The translations under genes and the position numbers were made by a program. DNA of 64,000 nt from Octopus sinensis (Eukaryota), in NCBI RefSeq assembly GCF_006345805.1, contig NC_043015.1, positions 2,294,001 through 2,358,000 of the forward strand, given 5' to 3'. This document shows positions 43,746 through 58,422 of the stretch, piece by piece; position 1 is the first letter of the stretch, and each line of letters begins with the position of its first letter. The notes below the pieces were generated by a model, which saw nothing but the letters and a program-made list of their open reading frames with translations, was not told where the DNA came from and did not search any database.

Positions 43746-43799
<54 letters not shown>

Positions 43800-44169
43800 C
43801 ATTATTATTGTTATCATTATCATTATTATTATCATCATCATTGTCATTATTTTTGTTATTACTAAATGCGGCATTGGCAATATTACGATTTCTTTACAAC
43901 AAGTTATTTCAAATGTCAAGAATCTTTCATAGGATTCTTGCAAAATGCCGGATTGCGCTTTTCTGCAGGTCAGCAATCTGAATTTCACTTCCAATATACT
44001 TCAGGATATTACGTACGAGATGTGTTTTTCTGCCAAGTGCGCAAATTACTGCAGGAATTACTATACTCTTAATCTTCCACAATCGCTTTCTCGTTTAGTT
44101 CCTAATATTTCTCACATTGTCCATTCATTTATTATTTTTTTTAATTGGTTAACATATGATATTACAGAT

Positions 44170-44355
44170 TCTAACATCTCATACTGCTTCGTTTGTCTAC
44201 TATAATCAAATCCAGTCTTCTTACTCCAATAGTTTGACCAGCATTTACTGCGAAGTCCCATAGTACCATGCAAACCTTATTCACTGTGATATCAAACCAC
44301 TGCGACATCGAATTTCCACACACAGCTAAAGACCCAGTGCACATTTTCACCTGTA
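44170..44355 (-). mobile_element. R4/Dong-like C-terminal zinc-knuckle to REL endonuclease fragment
   Basis: VHW..C, then QWFDITVNKV..LWDFAVNAGQTIGVRRLDLIIVDK, which resembles the LWDFxIQTD..RRPDIxxVDK motif. Confidence 0.55.
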
Positions 44356-47300
44356 CAATCATGCCTGCGTATATGTATGTATACATATTCTTTTTCGTGT
44401 TAGCTTGCTGAATATATGTACAAGATAACTAATACATTCACAACTTTTCCCGCATATATTGCGTTTGCTCTCTGGCTAAGATGTTTTCAATGTTTATCTC
44501 ACCCTATCTCTCATAATGACTTGTTCTAGTTATTTTTAAGTAGCGCCTCGCTTTCTTATTTCACGTTTTAGTCCGTCAAACAGAAAACGCGTTCCAGCAT
44601 TCACAGTTTTTTTACTGAAATGCCCATGCAATTTTTTCTCTTTCAACCTAGTTGTTTCGTGCTACTCTCGCTTCTTGTATTCTCCTATGTATCAGTATCC
44701 ATTTTTCACCTCTAATTGTATTCTCTCTTCACAATACACGGGCATTATTTTTAAACACAGCATCACTTTACTAACAGTATCTCCTGTATTTAGCAATCAC
44801 ACTGTGTATTTTTACGTTACCTAATGACTCATATCCAAATATATTTTTTCTGCTTTTCCAGTTCCCGTTTCTTCTTTTTCTCAAAATGCTGCGCATCTTC
44901 CCATTTATTTCCAACGTCCTCTGGCAATTCATAAGTTACTAATGTGGAACATTTTTGCAAGCCTTTTTGGAGTCTATCCAGCCAAAACCCTTTTTTTTCT
45001 TCTCTTATTCGTACTTCCTTTAGTATCCTATTATCAATATACAACAGTCCATTAGTTCCCCACGACTACATTCTGCATCCCTTTTGCTCGGCTGCCAACA
45101 TATTCTCCATCTACAAAAGTCAATACACTTCCTTTCAAAGTAATTAATTTCCATACAAATGTGACGTCTATAATAATTCTATCATTACTGACTACCACGC
45201 TATGACGTCCTTCTCTATCAATCAGAACATCCTTTCATTTTGTCGTCCCTATTGGTATTCCCGTTATCATGATCATCAAATTGTTCTATTTCCGCCGAGA
45301 TCGACATTGCCCTTCACATTTTCGAGGTCATAAAATAAGTGGTAATTGGGCACTGGAGTCGATGCAAACGACTTACCTTTACTCTTAGACTTGATGACCT
45401 TGTGCCAAAGTCTGAAATCCCTACCACCACCACCACCACCCTCACTACTACTACTACTACCACTACTGCTGCTGTCACTACCACTACTATTGCTGCTGCC
45501 ACTACTACTGCTGCTGCCATTACCACTGCTGCTACCACTGCCACTACTGCAACTACCACTGCTGCTACCACTACCACTACTGCCACTACCACTGCTGCTA
45601 CCACTACTACTGCTGCTGCTGCTGCTGCCGCTGCTGCTGCTACTACTACTACTACTACTACAGTTTTTATTGCACTGCGCGTTCTGAATTCGTATCTGGA
45701 CATAATGCACGTGAACTTTCGTGGGTCCACAGGTTATCAAAAGAAGTATCATTCATGTTATAGAGCACAATGGCATCGACTATCCTCTTCGTTTCAAATT
45801 CCTGGTTTCGTGCCCAAATCAACTAAAATTATGAATCTCTTCTAATTATGTTGTTGTCGTGGTAGTCGTCGATGTCGTTATTATGCTGTTCCTATAGTCT
45901 CTGGCACCATTGCTGTTCTTGAACAGTCAACGAGATATGATTAACAGAATACTGGCATCCACACCTTCAGCGAGACGTTTTAGTTATAGATTTCTCTCAA
46001 ATAATTTCTGCCCCATGTCAGTTCTCGCCCACGCAGTTCTAGAAAAATTCAACCAGTTCTTAAGTTCATACTCAAATGGCGCTCTTATACTACGTCGATC
46101 TCATTCGTAGATGCGTAATGATACATGACTCCTTGTTGATTTTGTTTTCCGCTACGTCCTCTTGTACACATAGCCCACTGCCGAAAATCTGGATGTGGTG
46201 CCCGGCATTATTACTTAGCCCCGTCCGTAAACTCTGACACATCTACATCCAAATCCTGTGTGAAGCTCCACATGGTTATAGAATAATATATTCTGATTAA
46301 ACGATAGAAGTAAACGAAGATAAACTTAGCGTTCAAATGACTTAGATTGGTAACCATTAATTCTGATCACCGACCAAATGTTTCTCTTTTATGCTGCAAC
46401 CCATCCAGTGAAGGCAAAACGGAAGTATCACTGGCTGAACTAGTCAAAAGCTTTTATATTGATACAGGTTTATATCCTATAATTAGCCACATACATAACA
46501 AGAATGATTTCCACATTCTCTCTATCGTAACATGAATCAGACATTGTTGTAGGTAAGGCAGGGTACCAGTGGCATACTCCAAACAATTTGGAAACGTTTT
46601 GGCAAAAATCTCGAAATGTGTATTTTGCATGAACGATGGTCAAACGTTAGAAACGCGTTGCTTCTTGTCCAGGCGCTTTCTCATTTGAAACCAATCGAAG
46701 AATTCATCTAGCTAGAAGTCGTGGAAGAAATCTGGCATATAAGCATAATATTCATTGAACTAAATATTGACATCAGGCTTTTTATCCCCACATGGAGTTT
46801 GCCATCTCATGACGAATCACAGTGTGAACGAGCTTATGAAGTATTCTTTGGTGTGATACCTGTGGTTTTATATGTGGTTCACTTTTATTTCTTTTCATTT
46901 ACCATTTTTATCTTTGATCGTGAATAAAAGTATTTCTTTATTCATTTTTTGCATTCCTAGAGTAATGCTTTAATTTCAAATAGTGATAGTGATTTGCAAG
47001 AGTGTCAGAGCTCGTATTTATTCAAATGTGTTTGAAGCTTTATTCTCTTGATAGGTAGGAAGATTCGCTCCATGCTATACCATCTTTTAAACAATATTCT
47101 CTTAACTATTTTATGTAGGAATTATTGCACTTCCATCAGTGCAGCGTCTCTGCCGTTCTTTTTTAATACGTTTACACGTACTTTCGAAATACGAAGTGGT
47201 ATCAAAATGTTATGCAATTAGTTATCTTTATGTAATCCCATGACTATGTAATCCCAAAATTTAAAACCAATTCATAGTTTTCTTAAACATTGTCTAGAAC

Positions 47301-47436
47301 AATACTATGTACAAAACCAAATATATGGCACCCTAGGCATAACACCAACATGAGCTTCTAACTTGTTGTCTCTTGAGGTCTCTGGGTGAAACTTGGAACC
47401 AAATTGTACAAAATCAAAGCAAAAAGGCATACATAA

Positions 47437-47444
<8 letters not shown>

Positions 47445-47474
<30 letters not shown>

Positions 47475-47493
47475 TGATAATAATAATAATAAT

Positions 47494-47560
<67 letters not shown>

Positions 47561-47653
47561 TTATAGTAGCAACAACAGTATTAGTGGTAGTATGAGTAGT
47601 TGTAGTTGTAGCAGCAATACTACCACTGGCAATGGTAGTAGTAGTATTAATAC

Positions 47654-47704
<51 letters not shown>

Positions 47705-48428
47705 CAGTAGCAGTAGTAGTAGTAGCAGCAGCAGTAGTATTAGTAGTCGTAGCAGTAGTAGTTATTTTTGCTACTGTTATTGTTGTCAAATTATTGTTTA
47801 ATGCAGTTTCATGCTTTTACTCTGCAATTATTCTTTTGATAAAAGCAGCATATATCTTGGAGAAGTGAGTTTTAGTTCGATAAACATATATCCACAATAC
47901 ATTATTTTACAAGCAGCTACACACACACACACACACATACATACATACAAAGAGGCCTGTTTCATGCAAATGCAAACACACACTGGCACACACTCATACA
48001 GGAGTTATATCCCCATATGGATATTATATTTGTTAATTCGATTGTATGAGTCAAGACAGACAAAATTAAATATTGTAATTAAAATAGAAACCTTGAGTAA
48101 GCAAATGGAGAAGTAAATTAAAATTAAGAATAAATATATATAAGAAGAATGATAAGGATATGTACGTAATGAATATATGCATAAAATGAATATATGCATA
48201 AAAATGTGTATGATACTAGTATTTCATTATACATGCAATGTACTGAAGTGTACATATATCGTATCTACTGTTGCAGAAGTAGGCACATCATCTTATAGGA
48301 TCCGATCTCCATGATAACATTTATTTTATAATTCTACAATTCTTTCTAGAAGTTGCAGATATTGGAAAAACGGCAAAACTAATAAAAATGATGATGATGA
48401 TAATAATAATAATAATATAATAATAATA

Positions 48429-48459
<31 letters not shown>

Positions 48460-48486
48460 AATAATAATAATACTGATAATAATGAT

Positions 48487-48517
<31 letters not shown>

Positions 48518-48577
48518 ATATTAATAATAATAACAATAATAATAATAATAACAAAAATAATAATAATAATAACAATA

Positions 48578-48629
<52 letters not shown>

Positions 48630-48633
48630 TAAC

Positions 48634-48712
<79 letters not shown>

Positions 48713-48715
48713 ACA
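47445..48715. repeat. (TAA)n and (GTA)n trinucleotide arrays
   Basis: TAA at about 47445-47560 and 48380-48715, GTA at about 47630-47770. Similar arrays at 1350-1490, 43620-43860, 45420-45660 and 57137-57375. Confidence 0.95.
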
Positions 48716-49149
48716 AATCTATAATTCACCGTATCAAAAATTCAGCAAGACAATGATATTGCCGTATCAAAAGTAAAGGGAGACGACATACATTCCACAA
48801 ATACCGAATAAATTCAAATGAAATTCCGCTAAAGTTATTTATAGGTGTTGAGGAGATGCAATTTATACTCACGAATAGTAGAGATGTCCAAAAGAATGTT
48901 TCCATTGGTTTGCATGCCTAAAAGTCATATTACAACATATTTTTAAAATATATGTATGTATAAAGATTTATACACAGAGAGCAAACAGATGACAGGACTT
49001 CTTACATGATAAAAAGGGCAGTTCACCTGCTTGATGTGGATCCGTAATGTATAAAGATAGCGCTCGCTCGTGTTTTCTGTACGTATTAAAGATATATAAT
49101 TATGCATTCTTTTACGAATTACGAATAACAAATTAGTTTATGTGCTCAT

Positions 49150-50150
49150 TAAAAGGGAAACATTTAGCTAATAATTTTCTTTCGAGTCTCTTCATTATTA
49201 GCGTTCTTTTAGAATAACTTTTGCGTCTCTTTGCGGTGGTGTAGGAGGTTTGTTTTGTATTAGTATAGGCCAGTTTAAGCTAAAATCCTTACGTTCCCAA
49301 ATGTATGTACTTAACCCTGTTGAGTTAGCCTTATTTCTGTTTCTGAAGCTCGATTGGTGTGCACTATATCTAAGATTCATTTGGTTCTTAGTGTATGATT
49401 AATATATGATTCCGTCTGGTTATTTGTGCGAACGTCGTCATTGGTAAACTACTTTATTTGTCTTGCATCTATTTGAGAAATGGTACATTTTTCTATCCCT
49501 ACAGTCGCATAAATTGCTACGTGTATCTACGTCCGTGTTGTATTTTGGAGGCAATTGATATGTAGGTCTGTACCTAAGCTAGCAGGAGGTGTCACGTTAG
49601 TGGGGGGCTTAGTCCTATTTGTTGGTTGGTTATTATGTATATTGCTTGCAATCTTTCTAGTTCCATAAAATTTGCCAATTTAAAAAAATTATTCATTGAG
49701 TCTATTATTGTGGCTAAGTTGTTTGTCAGACAGTGGCCTATTCTGATTTTATTCCTAAATAATTCTGCGTATTTATTATGAACATTTAGGTGTTTGTCTA
49801 TCGTTTTCATTAATGAGCAAACTATATTTGATATAACGTGCATGGTGTAGGGGATTACGACCAAGATATTACCGCTATTTTGTTAATTTTTTCTGTTTTT
49901 CCTAGTATAGAATCTTCCCTCTTTGTTCGCGATTGTGTGAAGTTATGGCTGTATGTATCTTGGTTATATCCAGAGTTACGTTTTACTCTCATGTTGCTTT
50001 TGTCTGTTCTGTCGGTGTTATCATAGTAGGGTTCATGTGCGTTTAAGAGCCTAGTTTTATTTTACTATTAATAGGGTTCATATTAGTTCGTTGGGTGACT
50101 TTAGCGTTATAGATACCGATGTATATGTTTTGTACCTGCTGTTGTTTTGT
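49150..50150 (-). mobile_element. Highly decayed PLE 3' fragment (RT C-terminus plus GIY-YIG), a different family from the 28.8-32.4 kb element
   Basis: Minus-strand frames: EPYYDN..NSGYNQ; VVIPYT..LMKTIDKHLNVHNKYAELFRNKI; CDCRDRKC..CKTNKVVYQ..TNNQTESYI; LRYSAHQSSFRNRNKANSTGLSTYIWERK. Confidence 0.7.
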
Positions 50151-50300
50151 GACTTATTTGTGTAATCTGTGTTATTAGTATTTAAATAAGATTAACAATA
50201 TTAACAAAACTTCATCTCTGCTTCCTCCTGTGTTATCTAATTAAATTAAAGGTATACCAGCGAAAACCACGTGTTTCCCCTTATTATATCCATTTTCTTC

Positions 50301-50330
<30 letters not shown>

Positions 50331-50331
<1 letters not shown>

Positions 50332-50688
50332 TAGCAGTATCGCCCGGCGTTGCTCAGGTTTGTAAGGGAAATAACTATAAAGCATTTTTAGAGAGTTATA
50401 GCCAAAAAATAGCAAACAAATGGGAAAAAATGATGGTAAATTTTTTTTTAGTTAAAAAAGGTGGTGTTGCGTCCCCTAGACAGTTTGTGTTTCTGATTCT
50501 GGACCCCATGTCGAATTTATCGATTTTTTTCAGAACTGGGGGAACTTTTCAAAATTTTCGCTGCGTTAGTTTTGAATTATGACATTGGGCTATGTGTCTG
50601 TCAAGTTTCATCAGAATCGGTTGAAAGCCGTGGTCAGGGTGAAGGTACAAGCAAACAGACACACAGAAACACGCACAGACAAACTGCC

Positions 50689-50743
<55 letters not shown>
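50331..50743 (-). mobile_element. Non-autonomous Helitron-like element (shares 3' end with 7362-7785)
   Basis: CTAGCAGTATCGCCCGGCGTTGCTCAGGTTTGTAAGGGAAATAAC...GCCAAAAAATAGCA matches the reverse complement of about 7680-7785; the other end runs into (TA)n. Confidence 0.7.
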
Positions 50744-50766
<23 letters not shown>

Positions 50767-51371
50767 GAGAATAATTTCACAATACAACCTTGCTTTTGCA
50801 TATATATATATATACACATACATTGTGTGTGCATTTCTGTGTGTCTGTATGCCTGCTCTTTGTGTGTTTATGTGTATGCTTTTTGTGTGTGTATTCTGTG
50901 ATTCTGTGTTTGTGTGAATATCGGTGCCAACGAAAGGGCATTCAAATCCCGTTATGCTCAACTCATTTTCTTGTTGAAACGTCCGAAGATCCAAATCATC
51001 TCGCTCTTATAGTTCCTATGTAAACTAACGAAAACTAGAATAAGTGTTGTAACATTCAAGTGGATTATTCAGTCCTTCTGTAAATTCGTATTTCTGTCTC
51101 CTTTCTTATTTAGTATTTTTCCTTACGTCAATCTTACATATTTGCATATTTAGGCATTTTTATAGATCTTTCGATCAATATTTATAAATTTTTTTCTTAT
51201 CTTTCGTGAGTTACTATCATTCATTTACGTTTTTTGTTCTCAACTGGATACGATATGTTCCTTTGAAATTATTTTATTTATTTTTATTACTTTCTTTAAA
51301 ATATTCCCCTCTACTACCTTGTTTATATATATGTGTATGTACGTATGTATGTATGAATGTAGGTATTTATC

Positions 51372-51443
<72 letters not shown>

Positions 51444-51502
51444 TACATGCACACACACACATTATATATATATATATATATACATACATACATATACACA
51501 CA

Positions 51503-51540
<38 letters not shown>

Positions 51541-52427
51541 TATGTGTATTTCGTGCTGTGTAACTAACGGACAGAATCAAGACTATTGAAAAGGTTGAAA
51601 GACGCAACGAAATTTTTAGGAAAATAAAAAAGTATGAAATAAGTGGACATTTTACCGGTGAGTGTGTTAGATTATAAGGCACAAAAAGAAAATGACTCTC
51701 TTCAGACACAACCGTGTATATATATGTATATATAATATACACATACGCACACATACATATTTACTTAAATACTTATACAACATAGGCAATCTTTCCGGTG
51801 AGCGACGGTTTGCTTGTGTGAAAATGTGGGTGCGATTTCGTGGACAAACATTTTCTATTTATTCATTAACTTTTTTTATTCACCTTCGTTCCTTGAAAGT
51901 TTATGTCTTCCACTCAGTCTAAACTTCTCTCTATTTGGATTAGTGGGACCAGCGATGATCATGTTGTCGATTGTTTGTTTCTATGTCTGACGGTATTCAC
52001 ATCTTCCCGTCTTTAGTTTGATAGAATTTACGACTCAGACTAAAAAAAATAATCCTGAAAAAAAAAAAAAAGGAAAGCGTACAAGTTGTCAGATGAATAA
52101 AATTGTGTATATTTTTCTCTCATTTTGTTCGTTATTTTGTGTGTCTTTATGTTGGGTCAACAACATCGGAATTTGACTTGACTATAGAATTCAATTTCTT
52201 ATGAATTCAAAAGGTTACATGACACTAGTGATAAATCATACTTAAAGCGTCAAGGAAATTAACAAGTAAAAAGTGCAGGAAGAGCGATAGAGCTGTGTAT
52301 ATGTAGCAAGTTAAACTAAAGCCACGCAGATATACGTACACACTGCACATACATAAATATGTAGACATTACACATGTTGATGCATACATGTATAATACAT
52401 ATATATATACATATATACATATATATA

Positions 52428-52469
<42 letters not shown>

Positions 52470-52481
52470 ATATATATATAC

Positions 52482-52534
<53 letters not shown>

Positions 52535-52645
52535 TATATACATATACACATATATGTATATTATACATGTGTGTGTATGTTTATATATATCTATATATGT
52601 GCACACATATACATTTGCATGTTCGTTTCTATCTATCCAACCCTT

Positions 52646-52703
<58 letters not shown>

Positions 52704-53591
52704 TATAGCTTTGTGTGTGTGTGTCTGTATTCTAGTACACGTGTATGTGTTAGTCTTTTCTGCAGGAATTCAAGTATACACATGTATACAGATTTGTATA
52801 TGTATATGTGTATTCCTAAACACGGCTGCGCGGAAACAAGTACTCAACTGTATTCGTCCATAAAAATATAAAAACATACACATACCTGTATGTATGTTTG
52901 TGTGTGTGAGAGAGAGAGAGACAGTAATTATTCGTGTGTGAGTGTGACTATTTATATGTGTTTGTGTGTGTATACGTGAGTGTGTGAATGCGTTTTTCTT
53001 TGTATGCGTGATTGATTTTTGAGCGTGGGTAATTTCGCTTGTGCCTGAGTGCGTGTTTCTGCTTGTGTAAGCGCAAGTTTGTATTTATAGTATATTTAAA
53101 TGTATGCAAGCAGCACCGATCTGCCGCCAGTCAAATTCTGTACAAATACATAATCAGATATTTACTTTCTACTGTAAATGACTCTTCACCTTTTTAGGAT
53201 ATAGAATGCCATTACGTAGCTACGGTAATGATATTCGTGAAAGGTAATCGTTGATATTTGTATTTCGAACAGCCAAAGGACAATCTATTCACGTAATTCG
53301 AAAGGTAAACTACGCACTCGCAGGTTTTACGATTCTACATACTGATATTTATGTTTTCCTTAGTCTGTCTATCAATTTATCTATCTATTTATTTATCTGT
53401 ATACCAATCTGTCTGCCTGTGTATCAGTCTATCTATTAATCTCCATGCATCTCCGTCAATGTATGTATGTATGTATGTATGTATGTATGTATGTATGTAT
53501 GTATGGATGTATTTTTCTATCTCTCCGTCTCTGCCTCTCTCAATTCGTATGTGAGCATATATATATATATATATATAATATATACATATTA

Positions 53592-53629
<38 letters not shown>

Positions 53630-54141
53630 TATATATATCTGAGAGCGTGAGTGTTTGCTGTGTCTATGATTCCACATGTACCTACGTATTAAGATATAGT
53701 TATGATGTATAATATAGGTATTCTTTTATTCTTCTACCTGTTTTAGTCAGTTGACAGCTGTCATGCCGGGGCAGCGCTTTGGTGGGTTGTAGTGGGACAA
53801 ATCATATCCGGGACTTGTTTCCTAAGCCTATTTCTTAAACCATCGATGGCTTTTTACCGAACCGCTAGGTTACGGGCACGTAAACACACGAAGACGTGTC
53901 GTGCGGTGGTGATGAGATGACAAACACAAAGAAAGAGAGAGAGGGGGAGAGGGAGAGATACATACGTAAATACACTCACGCACACACATGCACACACACA
54001 CATGTATGTATGCATATATACGACAGGCGTCTTTCGATTTTCGTTGACTCAATACGCTTTGGTCGTACCGAAACCGGAAGCATGTCGTCGGAAAGCAAAC
54101 GTCTTACCTACAGCCAGCCTGTATATTTATATATGTGTACG

Positions 54142-54174
<33 letters not shown>

Positions 54175-54183
54175 ATATATATA

Positions 54184-54219
<36 letters not shown>

Positions 54220-54269
54220 TATATATATGGGTGTGTGTGTATGTGTGTGTGTGTTAATGAGTAACCTTT

Positions 54270-55800
54270 GGGTTTTATAGGATACTGACAGACGGGTTAT
54301 TAGTCAGTAATTTTGTCGGTGTAAGGTGTCTCTTTTGGGAAAATCGGCTGGCATGCCCTTTCATCATTCAGTTTGGTGTTGATTTTGGCTCACTTATCAA
54401 TAAACTGAACATGGTCGAAAAGTGCTTGTGGTACTGGTGAAGTATTTCAACCAGAAGATGGTAACCGTGTCTATCTCTGGACTTTACCAGTTGCTGGTAT
54501 CCTTCAGTTTGTCCATGATCCCTTGGCGTGTGATTGTTGGCCATATCTCTTCTAATTTAGTCTTCCTTTCCTTTTCCCTACTCATCCACTGAGCATTTTT
54601 ATTGTGTTTTGATCTGGTTTCTTCCATGTTACTTCCCAGTATGACTGAATCGCTGATGTTGTTGTTATGTCATCGATTTTTATAGATTTTGTTTTGTTTA
54701 ACTTTCTATAAAAAACATTTTGTGTCTATTTTGAATTCTCTATTTTGATGGAAGCAGTATTTCTGTTTCGCATACCGTTTTATGCACGAGGTGTTTTTCT
54801 GCTATGCCCTGTTTATATTATTCTTTTACATCCAAGGTGTCCTTATTTTTCATGTTATATTGTTTGGCTTTATGGGCTTTTTCATATTTCATCCGTTTTC
54901 TCTAATTCACAAAGAAGTGATAAATATTTCTGTTGTGTCTGGATTTTATTTATTACGATCTGTTTCTATTTGGGGTTTGAAATTTGGCTTTGGATTTTTT
55001 TTCTTGTATATCACTACAGCTGTTGAGTAAATCAAACCACTTTGTTTGTCAATATCTATTGTGTGTTTTGATATGGTCATTATTACTTGTAACGCTCTGT
55101 TGTATTTATTTATCATCTTATAGAGCTGTATATTTATCTGTAGCCTGGGGAGACGTTTACGCTTGTCCATATTTATCGACTGTGTAATGTTCAGTTCTAC
55201 TTTTGTTATTTCTTCAGTTGGTTCCTTCCGTCCTCGGTTATAGCTGATCTGTTATTTTGTGTGTTATTATATTTGTTGTTGTTTTTGCTTCAGTATTCAC
55301 CTGTCTATGTGGTTTCTTGAATTGCTCTGCTGTTCTATGTATTTCAGGGTTGGGTAACTGTGTAGAGATTTTACATTGGTTTAGCTATTTATCTATTGTT
55401 TGCTGTGTTATTGGTGTTATTTATCCCCTCATTCTTCTGTAGTGTCATATGCGTTTCTGGAGATATAACGTCTGATGTGCTGGTTTTGCCTGATTGCGGC
55501 CCGTTGTTTGAATTTATGAGGTGTTTTGTCTTATTTTCCGTATGTATTTTACCTATTTGATTGTCCATTTCGGTTTGGGGGATTTTTCCGTCTCGCAGAA
55601 TATATCGCCGGACATTCGTATGAGTATTCTCCGAAACATTTCCACTTCTATCAATAATTCTTCTTCTCCATATTTGGTATGGCTCTTTTGTAAATCTTGT
55701 GCCTCCCAGGAATAGCTTTATAGTGTAGAATGCCTAGAACTCTTCGATATAATAGCCACTGACATTAGGAGATGGGTCTGCCTGTTCAGAGTCAACAGTT
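54270..55800 (-). mobile_element. Decayed R4/Dong-like (REL-type) non-LTR retrotransposon, pre-RT and early RT region
   Basis: Minus-strand frames: CIKRYAKQKYCFHQNREFKIDTK; QSYWEVTWKK; HNKNAQWM..WPTITRQGIMDKLKDTSNW*SPEID...FWLKYF; FPKRDT..QNY*LIT. Upstream boundary approximate. Confidence 0.65.
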
Positions 55801-56608
55801 TGGCAGTACACCGTCTCTGAGTGTATGATATGTTTGTTTTCGTATCTCGAGTGCCTCAAGCTCATAGATAAAAAAATTGCTTTTATTTGTTTCCGAAGTT
55901 TTATTACAGAGCATATCTGTTTATTTTCTCTCTAGTTAAAATGAGACATGTTGCATTATAAATGTATTGCTCCGGGTAGTTACTTTAGCGGTATGTCGTC
56001 CGTCGCTACGTTTTGAGTTCAATTTCGGCAGAGGTCGAATTTGCGTTTCATCATTTCGGGGTCGATAAATTAAATACCAGTTAAACACTGTTCTCGAAGA
56101 TGTTCCACTACATGCTATAGAAGTACTTATTTCTTCCTGCTATGAAACACCGCCTGTTCCAGAAATTCTCAACCGCTGCACGTCAGAAAAAATGAGAAAC
56201 ACGAGTAATTCTATCTCTTGCAAATTCTGACTGTCTGCCAATAAGTAAGGAAGTTCAAATATTTTATCAGGAGCAATTGATACGTACTTAAGCACGGATT
56301 CAGTTTCATGCCCAAATGAGGAGGAGTTTGAGATCTATCGAGTTGAATTCATAAACACTCTCACTCCATCCGTTATATCTTCTCGTTGCCTCAACTTAAA
56401 AGTAGGGACTATTGTAAAGAATATATATATGTATATATGGGTTCAGCAAAAATTTAGATTCAGATGAATATTCTACTTAAGTTGACGCGCCAGAATTTGG
56501 TACGGTATTATCCATACACTTTCAAAAATGGTGAAGCAACAAGGATAGGCAGGGATGTTTTACCCCAGTGTCAAGGATATCCTCTCGATATCTATGTTGC
56601 TTATTTTG

Positions 56609-56654
<46 letters not shown>

Positions 56655-57003
56655 TTTGTATTTATATATATTGCTGGTAGGTTACTGGCGTAAGACTTTT
56701 GCGAATATGAAAAATATTACATGTATATGGTGAGTTATGATAATTTAATTAAGCATATATGTACATTTTCAAGATTATTATTTGGGAAAATCTTTTTCAG
56801 AGTAAGTTGCCGGAAGCATCTAAAAAATAAGTCCTCAGTTACCATTACAGCTCGTGTCTCGAATCAATGACAAAGCGATGTTATATTCCCGGAATTGCGT
56901 TCTGTTAAACATCTCCCAATATTACAGTCCTATATTTAAGAGATGAGGAATTATGTACGTTATTTACACTTGACTGATATTTGTACTCATCTTGTTTGTT
57001 TCT

Positions 57004-57050
57004 AACACATCGTTTCGGCTCATATAATTCTCCACCCTTCATCACGTGTC
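57004..57050 (-). ncRNA. Degenerate minimal hammerhead
   Basis: Reverse complement reads GACAC GTGATGA AGGGTG...TGAGCC GAAA CG AT GTGTT. Homologous to 57436-57479. Confidence 0.45.
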
Positions 57051-57135
57051 TTGGGGAAATTTCGAAATGGGTTAAGAGTGCGAGATAGTAACCTCAGGAT
57101 TCCGAGTTTAATTCCAGGCAGTGACATGAATTTAT

Positions 57136-57193
<58 letters not shown>

Positions 57194-57285
57194 TAACAAC
57201 AACAAAAACAACAATGATAATAATGATAATAATAGTGATAATAATAATAATGATAACAATAATAATAATAATGATAATAATAATG

Positions 57286-57322
<37 letters not shown>

Positions 57323-57339
57323 TAATAATAATAATAATA

Positions 57340-57374
<35 letters not shown>

Positions 57375-57435
57375 AACCACAACAACATAGAAAAATACCT
57401 TCGGAAAGAAAACCAAGATTCGAAATTTCTCCAAG

Positions 57436-57479
57436 ATACCTGATGAAGCCTGCAGCGTACATCAGCCCTAACGTTGTGC
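57436..57479 (+). ncRNA. Degenerate minimal hammerhead
   Basis: ATAC CTGATGA AGCCTG...TCAGCC CTAA CG TT GTGC. Flanks (CGAAATTT..CCAAGA upstream; AACAAGATG..ACAAATATC downstream) match the inverted copy at about 56930-57066. Confidence 0.4.
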
Positions 57480-57906
57480 TAACAAGATGGGGACAAATAT
57501 CCATGAAATGTAAATAATATAACTAATCTCTCGATAGCTTACGACCGGAATTGAGCGGACTACCGATTTGTTTTTGAATGGCTTATCACATCACTCCACT
57601 GTGATCATCTTGTAAAGAATATTTCAGGAAACATCGATGTGTTGTTAAGTAAAAAAGATATTGTTTACCTACATTTTTCATCTACAAATGTTTTAAAGAA
57701 CATTATGCTTTCTAAAAAGCTAAGTTATTTTTCTAGTCAAAGATATTACCGACAACTTTACAAATTGATATATTTATATATATATATATATATATATATA
57801 AAGATGTACAATTCCTAACGTTCTAGACGTTGATTCAGTGTATGGCAATTGATGGGATATAAATTAAAACTTCTATACACAAACACACATGCACACACGC
57901 AGCCCC

Positions 57907-57971
<65 letters not shown>

Positions 57972-58136
57972 ATATATAATATATATATAAATTTATATAT
58001 AGAGGGCATTATACATACATGCCAGAGAGCATTATACATACATGCCACACGCTAAGAGGGACAATTAGTCATTTCTACCAAAAATATTACTAATCCCACC
58101 GAATGCAATTTTTCAAGTAAGACATTTAAAAAATAT

Positions 58137-58184
58137 AGACCTGTATCACAGTGATTTCATACTTACGTATTCATCAGCATGCCT
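58137..58184 (-). ncRNA. Type I hammerhead ribozyme (inverted copy; one stem I mismatch)
   Basis: Reverse complement reads AGGCATG CTGATGA ATACGTAAGTAT GAAA TCACTGTGA TA CAGGTCT. Confidence 0.85.
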
Positions 58185-58374
58185 GAATGTATCATAAATA
58201 AACGACCCTGCCCCGCTTAAGCCGATCAGCTAACTGATCAACATCAACGAAGCACATGGGTGAGTTTACATATATTACATCCTGTAAATGGCATACTTTT
58301 ACGAATTGCATTTCGAATTGATCAGTTAGCTGATCGGCTTAAGCGGGGCAGGGTCGTTTATTTATGATACATTC

Positions 58375-58422
58375 AGGCCTGCTGATGAATACGTAAGTAT
58401 GAAATCACTGTGATACAGGTCT
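58375..58422 (+). ncRNA. Type I hammerhead ribozyme (intact core)
   Basis: AGGCCTG CTGATGA ATAC-GTAA-GTAT GAAA TCACTGTGA TA CAGGTCT: 7-bp stem I, canonical core, GNRA-capped stem II, AUA cleavage after A58415. Confidence 0.9.

Noticed and set aside
49104-49120. 16/17-nt match (AATTCGTAAAAG.ATGC) between the 3' region of the decayed PLE and the 58-kb unit (58727-58743)
   Set aside because: Too short in AT-rich DNA to link the HHR array to this PLE; needs a consensus-level alignment.
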